A stretch of DNA of 64,000 nt from a virus, in IMG/VR virus record IMGVR_UViG_3300042691_043547, positions 5,422 to 69,421 of that record; one strand, written 5' to 3'. The position numbers and the translations under genes are program-made. Of the stretch, positions 42,814 through 50,900 are shown one piece after another. The first letter of the stretch is position 1, and each line of letters opens with the position of its first letter. Under the pieces are notes generated by a model. The model made no database searches. It was not told the origin of the DNA and worked only from the letters and a program-made list of their open reading frames with translations.

Positions 42814-43493
42814 GACAAGGCGTCCCTAATTTTCTGGACAAGAATTTCCTTGATTCTCTCTTCCGCTCTTACTCCTGCTCTAGTGATCCAGTTATTTCCA
42901 GCAGTACCAGCATAAAAGGGAGCAATTCGGAAGTTTTTCTTGGATTCTCCGCTTTTCACCATGATGGCATCGTTGGTTCTAGAAGCTGGGCTGTTGTGGC
43001 CGTACATTACATAGTAATCGCTAATGATTACTTCTGTTCCGCTGTACAATAACCAGGAAAGCCACTCAACTTCACCGCCGTAGCTGCTGTATGAGGCTTC
43101 ACCCAGATTTAATAAGAATTTCAAGTCTTGAGGAACGATAACCACACGCAAGCCACCTAACGAAGAAACGGTGCCGAAATAATATTTGCCTGTGGATTTA
43201 ATCACATCGACCCTCAATGCACCGACTACCGCCTCGATAATCGCATTAACAGTAGATTCGGGGTCTTCAATACCTAATTCACCCTGTAGGCCCATTTCTC
43301 GGGCCGATTGGACTTCCATGAATAGGGCTTTATATTCTCTGCTGGTTTTTAGGGACTGGCGAAGAATTCTTCTGCATTCATTCCGGGCATTTTTTGCGGC
43401 CCTAGAAAGAGCAAAGTTAATCCGGATTGCCCAACGCTCCATGAGTGCTGGCCCAAACTCTTCCGGATTAACCTTTATGTCAAAACCGATCAC
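42810..43493 (-). CDS. neck protein (HK97 gp10-like position)
   Basis: GTGA overlap start; W L.WLL..G and GT..NNWITRA C-terminus. Confidence 0.55.
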   Translation of the reverse strand: MIGFDIKVNPEEFGPALMERWAIRINFALSRAAKNARNECRRILRQSLKTSREYKALFMEVQSAREMGLQGELGIEDPESTVNAIIEAVVGALRVDVIKSTGKYYFGTVSSLGGLRVVIVPQDLKFLLNLGEASYSSYGGEVEWLSWLLYSGTEVIISDYYVMYGHNSPASRTNDAIMVKSGESKKNFRIAPFYAGTAGNNWITRAGVRAEERIKEILVQKIRDALS

Positions 43494-44011
43494 GCCCCGA
43501 TCCTCGTCCAGGTGGCCGTCCAAAACTTGCCCTGAGCGATATTGTTGGTATCGACTGGTTCGCCGTACATCTCGTAGGTCAGGCGAAGGGCGTTGGAAAG
43601 ATCACTCTGAACGATGATTTTGCGGGTCTGGAGCACATCTGCCAGGTCAGCCATCATCCCCTTAGTGGTGATAACTCCATCTGGCACTTGATATCTTGTT
43701 GGCATATTCTGCAAGAATCTTGCAGGAACTGTGCTGACCAACAGCTTGATCGATTTGGTGATCTCTCTGGAATGCAATCCCTGACCATTGCAGGATGGGC
43801 AAACGGAACCGTTCGGGAAGGGGAGGGGGCCACCCGTGCGCCAATGATTGGAGGACTTGTTGCCAATCTCGTCGAACAAGCAGTTGGCGCACGGTTCCCA
43901 AGTCGGGGGATAAACCAGGAGACAGGTCTTCCCCAACTGATCGATGAGATCCGTGATGGCTTGCTCAGCCACCGTGCGGATCTCCTGGTCGATCGAAAAG
44001 AGGTAGGCCAT
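43490..44011 (-). CDS. head closure-like protein with Zn ribbon
   Basis: C.NC..D......CP.C.G.G, typical of large-phage head closure proteins. Confidence 0.55.
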   Translation of the reverse strand: MAYLFSIDQEIRTVAEQAITDLIDQLGKTCLLVYPPTWEPCANCLFDEIGNKSSNHWRTGGPLPFPNGSVCPSCNGQGLHSREITKSIKLLVSTVPARFLQNMPTRYQVPDGVITTKGMMADLADVLQTRKIIVQSDLSNALRLTYEMYGEPVDTNNIAQGKFWTATWTRIGA

Positions 44012-44538
44012 TACTGGATCCGGCGTCCGATGATGTTGATGTCGCCCGTCACGCCCGCCCCGCCTGCCGACAGCGTGATGATGACGGCGGTGTTGGGGGA
44101 GCAGACCTTGGGCGGATAGAAGTTGACCGACTCAAAGCCAGCACCAGTGATGGGGGCCTTGTAGACCACATTGCCGGAGCCGTCTTCAATCTTGACGATG
44201 GCGCCGGAGGCGGGGGTGGCGTTGTAGCCAAAGGTGAGGCCGGTGATCACATGGTTGCGACCCGGGCCGGCAGCCGGCAAATTGATGACCGCGGCGGCAT
44301 TGGTGCCGGTGGCGTAATCTCCGGACGCAACGGGCAAAGTCTCAAACTTGTCCTCGTTCCAGGACAGGTAACGCTGGTCAAGCGAGACGCCGACTTTGCC
44401 GGTGTTGATGTCAGCCACGACATTGGCGCGGCGGTCGAGGGTGGTGACCAGGCCGGAGGGATTGCTCTGGGGGACGGCGCAAATGACCGCCGAACCGTCC
44501 TTGATCGGGTTGCCGCCGGGTTGGTATGCGATTGCCAT
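44011..44538 (-). CDS. putative virion protein
   Basis: GGAG SD, biased codons, beta-sandwich-like composition. Confidence 0.65.
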   Translation of the reverse strand: MAIAYQPGGNPIKDGSAVICAVPQSNPSGLVTTLDRRANVVADINTGKVGVSLDQRYLSWNEDKFETLPVASGDYATGTNAAAVINLPAAGPGRNHVITGLTFGYNATPASGAIVKIEDGSGNVVYKAPITGAGFESVNFYPPKVCSPNTAVIITLSAGGAGVTGDINIIGRRIQ

Positions 44539-44539
44539 G

Positions 44540-44749
44540 TCAGTTCTTCTCCTTGATTCTCATTGGCCAGAAAAGGTGCCCTAGGACAACGCCGACGAGC
44601 AAAGGCACCACAGGCTCTCGTTGCGCCAAATCCAGAATGACCGTGCTGAAGGTGTAATCGCTGCCCCAGGCGAGGATGGCAAAGAGGTCGTAGCAGGCGA
44701 TGATCAGGACGATCAGGCCGATCATGATGTAGGTGGGTGTTCCCTTCAT
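44540..44749 (-). CDS. small two-TM membrane protein (holin-like)
   Basis: Two hydrophobic segments, GHLFWP, basic tail. Confidence 0.55.
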   Translation of the reverse strand: MKGTPTYIMIGLIVLIIACYDLFAILAWGSDYTFSTVILDLAQREPVVPLLVGVVLGHLFWPMRIKEKN

Positions 44750-44760
44750 GGCGACCTCCC

Positions 44761-45300
44761 TTAGCGGATGAATGTCTGGCGACCTTCGGGGACCGGGTAG
44801 TAGTTCTGATCGCCGTAACCGGCGAAGATGCGGAAGGGGCTGAGGATGGCGGCACCAGCAACGACCCCGGCCCGGCCAGCCTTGTATTCCAGTTTGGCGT
44901 CGTCGTAGGCCTTGCAGTAGCCCTCCTTGAGCAGGGCGATACGTCCCTGGAGGGGGCCTCTAAGATCGATTGCCGAAGAGCCGTCTCGGATGGAGATGCC
45001 CTGTCGTACCGCGTTCCGGGCCTCGCCGCGCTCGGTGATGCAAGCAGCTTTGAGACAGACTAGGTTGATGAAGTTGTCATCCCTTGTGGGGCTGGCCTCG
45101 TCACGGTCGGTGGGGTCGGGGGTGATGGACAGAGCCTGGACATCGGCCTCGTAAACGAGGGGGAAATTCAACTCGCTCAACACCAGCTGGGCGGCGGCAC
45201 AGATCGTCTGATAGACCCTTTGGTCCGAAAACTGGTACGGAACCGTGAAGTCGTTCAGCAGAACCCTCAAGAGGGTTCCCATTTCTGTTTGCCAGCTCAT
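44761..45300 (-). CDS. head-tail adaptor-like protein
   Basis: LRVLLND....QFSD.R pattern of adaptor N-termini; GGAGG SD. Confidence 0.6.
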   Translation of the reverse strand: MSWQTEMGTLLRVLLNDFTVPYQFSDQRVYQTICAAAQLVLSELNFPLVYEADVQALSITPDPTDRDEASPTRDDNFINLVCLKAACITERGEARNAVRQGISIRDGSSAIDLRGPLQGRIALLKEGYCKAYDDAKLEYKAGRAGVVAGAAILSPFRIFAGYGDQNYYPVPEGRQTFIR

Positions 45301-45306
45301 CAGCGC

Positions 45307-45330
45307 ACCTCCTACTGGAGATACACCGCA
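45307..45330 (-). promoter_or_regulatory. GGTGTA motif plus SD-sequestering hairpin
   Basis: GCGGTGT-ATCTCC-AGTA-GGAGGT. Confidence 0.5.
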
Positions 45331-45332
45331 GG

Positions 45333-45638
45333 CTATTCGACCAGATAGACTGAAATGTGGCCGGTGGCCGGGGTCAGGACATGCCCGTTGGACAGGGTGG
45401 TGCGGATTTCAAAGGGATGGAAGCCGTTGCCCAAAAAGTACATGGTGGCCCGGGCAATCATGATTTCCAGTTTGCCGTTGACGAAGGGAAGGGGCTTGGA
45501 GAAGTCATCTCGAAATAAAATGATAGCACTTGATGGCTCGGGTGAATCAACTGTGAAAACCAGCGGGTCGGTATACCTGTCCACCCTCAGTCCAAAGTCG
45601 AGGTGGGGAACGGTGAAATCGGGCAGCTGGATCAACAT
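45333..45638 (-). CDS. hypothetical protein
   Basis: Coupled 101-aa ORF resembling the C-terminus of the upstream gene. Confidence 0.6.
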   Translation of the reverse strand: MLIQLPDFTVPHLDFGLRVDRYTDPLVFTVDSPEPSSAIILFRDDFSKPLPFVNGKLEIMIARATMYFLGNGFHPFEIRTTLSNGHVLTPATGHISVYLVE

Positions 45639-46276
45639 CAGTTGAACGGGGCCACAATCTGGAAGATACCTTTGAGCAGGGTCAACAGGTGGTCGTTGGG
45701 CAACCGGGTGTTGATCTCAAAGGGCCATCGCCCACTCCCCATCTGGGCCAGTTCCAAGCTGGATAGCTCAACCCTGACGGTATTGTCAGGCAGGACGGGG
45801 AGAGTCTTGGTGAAGCCGGTCCTTTTGGATTTGACGGTCAGTCGGACGATGGACTCGGCCAGCGGTGGCCAGGCCTCGCTGATGACATCGATGGATCGGC
45901 CCTCGGCAGCAAAGTAATCGTCCGTCTGGCGGAACACGACTGGCGTTCCCTCGTCGGCGACAACGGGAATGCTGAAGGTCGGGACTTTGATGGCAGAGGT
46001 CAGGCGGGAGGAGATCGGGGCATCGACATATTCCAGCAACTCGGGATTAATGGTCATGAAAGCCATTAAGTTGTTGCCAGAAAAGAACTTAACGCCACCC
46101 CGGAAGCTGGCCGGGAACTGGTCGTAAGTCCACATGTAATTCCCCTGGCCAATCTCCACAAAGCCAGAGGAAATCAGGCTACCGACCGGCGTGCCGCTGG
46201 GGCTGACAAGTTGAGCCGAAAGGCTCTGGCCCGTCTTGGATACCCCCAGGACGACGCCGATCGTCGCCTTGTACAT
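45638..46276 (-). CDS. hypothetical virion-associated protein
   Basis: Coupled ORF; EIGQGNY; BppU-like beta C-terminus. Confidence 0.65.
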   Translation of the reverse strand: MYKATIGVVLGVSKTGQSLSAQLVSPSGTPVGSLISSGFVEIGQGNYMWTYDQFPASFRGGVKFFSGNNLMAFMTINPELLEYVDAPISSRLTSAIKVPTFSIPVVADEGTPVVFRQTDDYFAAEGRSIDVISEAWPPLAESIVRLTVKSKRTGFTKTLPVLPDNTVRVELSSLELAQMGSGRWPFEINTRLPNDHLLTLLKGIFQIVAPFN

Positions 46277-46626
46277 CAGATGACGCCTTTGGCTTTGGCG
46301 ACTTTATCGAGAGCAGCCACGACCAGACCAAAAGCCTGGGCCACATCAGCGTCCTCGGCGGCCAGTTCGTACAGGTTGGGCACGAACAGGTTGGTCTTCA
46401 TGTTCGGGTTGACTTCGATCTTCTCAACCGTGGTGGCCTCGCCGGTCTCGGGATTGGTCACCGTCTCGCTGTAGACGCGACTTTTCACGAAGATCACATG
46501 CAGCTGGACAGGAGAGGTCGAGCCGTCCCCAACCGTGCTGAACTGCTCAATCCGCCACTTGTCGAATACCTTCTCGGCAATCGAGGGAACAACGCTGGGT
46601 TCGGTCGCTTCAATCCACTGTGCCAT
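46276..46626 (-). CDS. hypothetical protein
   Basis: AGGAG SD then ATG 46626. Confidence 0.7.
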   Translation of the reverse strand: MAQWIEATEPSVVPSIAEKVFDKWRIEQFSTVGDGSTSPVQLHVIFVKSRVYSETVTNPETGEATTVEKIEVNPNMKTNLFVPNLYELAAEDADVAQAFGLVVAALDKVAKAKGVI

Positions 46627-46674
46627 GTCAAAACTCCTAAAAAAAAGAGGAACCACAAGATAATACACTTACCA

Positions 46675-47667
46675 CTACAGACCAAATCTGCTTTTCGTTT
46701 TATTGAATGTGTTACTGATTTGCGTTCCTGTCATAACAGAGTTATAAAAAGCTATATTTGTTAAGTAGCAGTTAGTGAGTGGATAGGAGGACAACTGGGT
46801 CGATCCGGTGGCCCCGCCCCGCGCTATTTGCAGGGTGGAGTGGGTGATGGCCGATCCGTAGGACTCTGTCCCTTTCTGCACTCCGTCGATGTAGACTGTC
46901 TGGGTCTTGGTCGAAAACTTGTAGGTCAGGGTGAACATATGCCAGCCGTTCCGGACGGAGGCTGTGGTTGCCCAGTTTAGACCCCCACCCCCGCCGTTGT
47001 TCGTCCACGAGCGGATGTTCGCCCCAGTCCCGCCGGTCGCAATGGCAAACCCATTCCAGCTGGTATCCCAGGTCGAAAGAATACCCTGTTCGGTCGCATT
47101 GTTGCTGATGTAGTACATCCAAAAATTGACGCTGAAATCGGCGTTGTTGGTCAGGCCGGAGTTGCCGTAAGCATAAGACGCAGTTCCGTCAAAAATAAAA
47201 TAGCCATCATTATTGATGGAATAGGTGGGATTGCTGACAAAGGTGGCGTCGTTGCCGCTGTAGCTTAAATCGTTCCAGGTCCCGCTGTTGGGTCCGAAAT
47301 TGGTGGCATACTGATCTAGGAAAAGTGTCGCTCCCACGCAGTTGAAAACATCCGTATTGTTGAAAGTCTGTCCTGTGACAAAAGCGCCGTCGACGGCAGA
47401 CTGGATGGTATTGTCGGCAATCGTGATCGAAATCGTGTCACCAGGCGAAACGGTGACTCCAGACAAAGTGAAGACCACCGCTTCATCGTTATAGGCGGGA
47501 TCGCTGGTGGCTAAGGTGAGGGTGGCGTTGACCGGAGCAGCCGTCGTGGTCGTCGGCGTCAGGGTAGTCGTGGTTGTCGTGGTGGTCGTGGTGGTCGTGG
47601 TCGTTGTCGGCGTGGTTGTCGTAGTCGTGGTCGTAGTGGTTGTTGTTGGAAAAGGCGTCCCGGACAT
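46675..47667 (-). CDS. LamG/concanavalin-like protein with N-terminal poly-Thr tract
   Basis: W.DLS, FDG, W.M.T.TY, YIDG, FYN..T..QI...F...KSRFGL. Confidence 0.8.
   Translation of the reverse strand: MSGTPFPTTTTTTTTTTTTPTTTTTTTTTTTTTTTLTPTTTTAAPVNATLTLATSDPAYNDEAVVFTLSGVTVSPGDTISITIADNTIQSAVDGAFVTGQTFNNTDVFNCVGATLFLDQYATNFGPNSGTWNDLSYSGNDATFVSNPTYSINNDGYFIFDGTASYAYGNSGLTNNADFSVNFWMYYISNNATEQGILSTWDTSWNGFAIATGGTGANIRSWTNNGGGGGLNWATTASVRNGWHMFTLTYKFSTKTQTVYIDGVQKGTESYGSAITHSTLQIARGGATGSTQLSSYPLTNCYLTNIAFYNSVMTGTQISNTFNKTKSRFGL
47543..47647 (-). repeat. (ACN)n poly-threonine coding tract
   Basis: About 35 codons, almost all Thr. Confidence 0.9.
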
Positions 47668-47677
47668 GATACCCTCC

Positions 47678-47944
47678 TTAGACCTTCGTCACCGTGACTG
47701 TTATACCGGAAGCGGTGGGTACTACTGGTCCCGTGAAGGGAATGACAATCGTGGTACTTGATTTGACCACGGGTTTTGGGGGCGTCCTCGGCGGGGGCGC
47801 TGGCGGGTTGGTTGGGCTTCTTTTGATAACCCCCGTCGAGGTTCCACCTGGGTATACCGTAATGGGCGTGCCCGGCCCTTGGGCGGGACACCCCTGTACA
47901 CCGCTGTTCGGACGCCTTTTGCACCGACGAGTAATTCCAGCCAT
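47678..47944 (-). CDS. small basic Pro-rich protein
   Basis: ATG in a TGATG overlap with the fibre gene; fills the gap to the next SD. Confidence 0.5.
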   Translation of the reverse strand: MAGITRRCKRRPNSGVQGCPAQGPGTPITVYPGGTSTGVIKRSPTNPPAPPPRTPPKPVVKSSTTIVIPFTGPVVPTASGITVTVTKV

Positions 47945-50900
47945 CAGTGGACTCTCCAGCATGGGTTATTCTGACCACCAACGAGACCCCCGTCCGTCCC
48001 GTCGTAGATCAGTTCGGCATAGTCACGCGGGGCGAGAACGATATCCACGGCCTGCACACAGCAGAACCGATTGGCGATTGCGGAACTGGTGCTGTTGTGC
48101 TTCAGGGTGAGATTGGCTGTGCCCACATTGTAGATACGCATCATACGACCATCGATGTGGGAACCGCTGGGCGGGGCAACGCCCGTCAGGTTGCAGGCGG
48201 TCGTGCAGTTCAGCCTCTGGAAGGCGCTGCCATTCAAAACCAAATCGTTGGTGGGAGCAGAAATGTTGGTGGTGTTGCTCTTGTACGCAAGCGATCCACC
48301 GCCAGTCGAGCCGTTGGTTACACTCAGTACCCCGACCCCATCCCGCCTTAAACCGATGTCGCCGTACCATGCGATATGGCCGTCCTGACGCATCCAGATG
48401 TAATTGATGTTATCAGTGCTGGTGCCGTTGGAAGAACCAAGCTGAACACTTGCTCCAAATGTTGAACGCAAAGTAGTTGAAGAAAGATAAAAAGAGCCAG
48501 CAAAAAGGGCAGAAGTATTTACAGTTCCCAACCCTCTTATGTTTGTGCCGTTGAAATTGATACCGCCAGTATTAACATCATTGGAAATACCAACCAAACC
48601 AATGTCGAGCGCAGAAGTGCTGGGTGCAATATAAAAATACTGAGCGGTATTGGACGGGTTAATAAACCGGATCGACCCGTTCCCTCCCGTGGTCGCTTGC
48701 GCACCTGGCTGAAGGATAATCGACCCACCAGCACCACTGGTGGAACCATTATTCGCAAGGATGGTAAGACTCACGCCTGCGCCAGAAGTGTAGGGATTTG
48801 GTGCTGGCGAAATTGTTGGGTTTAGATAGTCGCGCCCATACAGATAACCACTTAAAGCCGAAGTACCTGTGCCGGTGCTTTCAGTAATGCCATTAGCCGT
48901 GCCTATGCTTCGGATGACACAATAAAATGTGCCAGCATCAGTACCAATAGTGCGTTTAATCCTAAACATCGATTGATAGGTATTAAACTGCAAGGTTTCT
49001 AGCTCAAATCCCAAACTAGAATTATCTTGGCTGTCAGACACCATGTTTGGAGCTACAACACCATTTTGAATTCCCCAGACGGTCGAATATCGATACTTCT
49101 TTGTCAAGGTACGAGACGTACTGTTTATGGCATGTAACTCAATCTCGACAGTTGTCGCCACATTACCTTGAACATAGAATATTTCGCGATAATTACCGAC
49201 AACGGTTGGAATTGATCCTGTGAAATATCTCTGTCGTGTTAAAGAACCCGTATATTGCTCGGCATTAGCGGTAGTGGTTAGCGTTCCTGTAAAAGAACCG
49301 GAGTGCGTAGCATTTATGACGCCAGACGCATCAACACTTGCAAGCACAGTCCCACCGCTGTTCTGCCACTCCTGCAAGTTCGCACTCTGCGAGGCTGCGC
49401 CACGAACAATCAGACCTTTAGTTGCTGCTGCCGACGGGACAACCAACACCTGTGCCCCAGGTGAACTATTGGTGCCAAACGACATGCCATCCAGAATCCA
49501 ACCATTTCCTCCAGCGTAAATTTGGCAACGAATTGTTCCGTTGTGCATCAACTGAAGAAGACCGTACTCATTACCACCTGTGGTTCCCGAGTTACTGTTA
49601 CTGCTGCCAGTTCCAAGTACCGCAATTTGTTGAGCCGAGTTAATCGAGCCATCAGGCGACTTGTAAATGGTGATTTGGGGGGTGGCGGCATTACCAGCAA
49701 TAGTCAAAAGCTTGTCAGGCACTTTTGTGCCAATGCCAACATTGCCGTTGCCGCCCAAAATACGCATACGCTCTGTTCGCGCAGATGGGTCGCCACTGTT
49801 TCCAGTCTTGAAGTACATGTCCCATCTGGCACTGCTGCTGTTGTAGGTTCCAGCAATGTCGGCAAAGCCGACAGAAATTAGACCAGCATCGCCGTTGGAC
49901 CAGAAAGATTTGTGGCCAAAATTCGCAACGCTTTCTTCAAGACCGCCTTGAGCGCCATCGCCAGCTTGTAGGACATTTAATTTACAAGCAGAGCTAATCC
50001 ATGAACGCGCACTACCGGTGCTATCTTGCCACTCTTGTAGGTTGACGCTCTGCGAGGCTGCGGCACGGACAACCAAACCTTTTGTTCCAGAAGCTTGTGG
50101 TGCAATGTAAACTTGCCCACCACCAGCAGCAGTTGTTGCGCCGACAGCCAGAGCGCCACCAGTAAAATAACTGGTTCCGTTCGGATTTAGGCTCACCCTC
50201 CACTGCGTGGATGTATTAGCGATATTAAACGAATTGTCTACACTATAAAGATATGCTGCATACCGATCAGATACTGAGAAATAGATACTTCCATCTGATC
50301 GCAGGGTTGGGTAACGATTAGCTGCATAACCAGGAAGGTCGCCAGTCAAAGCTAAATAGGTTCCATCACCGCCACCTGTATAGCCACTAGAACGAATCGC
50401 CCCAACAACATGTAGTTTTGTGGCTGGCGAAGATGTGCCGATACCAACATCACCACCATTTGGCTGAAGAACAACATTACCAAAGTTTGCGCCCCATCCA
50501 GAAGCATTAAAGCCCGTTCCGCCCTGGATGAAAACCCGTCCGCCGATCTTCCCGGTCGTATTATCGGATTTGCCACCCAACAACATGATATCGCGGCCAT
50601 TTCCTGCGCCCTGATCAGATGGAGTCTGGCCACCCGCTCCCCAAGGCATCAGGACAACACGACCCGTGTAATACTCTCCAAATTGAATAAGGTTGGTTGT
50701 ACCAGTGCCAGCAGTCGCCGTTCCACCGTTGCCGCCATCAGTGAACAAAGCCGTCAGGCGGGCGTGGGTTTGGGTATCTGGTTCGTAAGTCGGCCAAGCC
50801 GCAACAGCGGTAGCCACCGCAGTAGTAGGACGGGTGACATGTAGTGGGGCCGCAGGTCCCGAAGGGAAATAGGTTGTGCTAGGAACGCCGACAGCTAGGT

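Noticed and set aside
47543-47647. CRISPR array or microsatellite
   Set aside because: It is an in-frame poly-Thr tract with mixed codons and no repeat-spacer structure.
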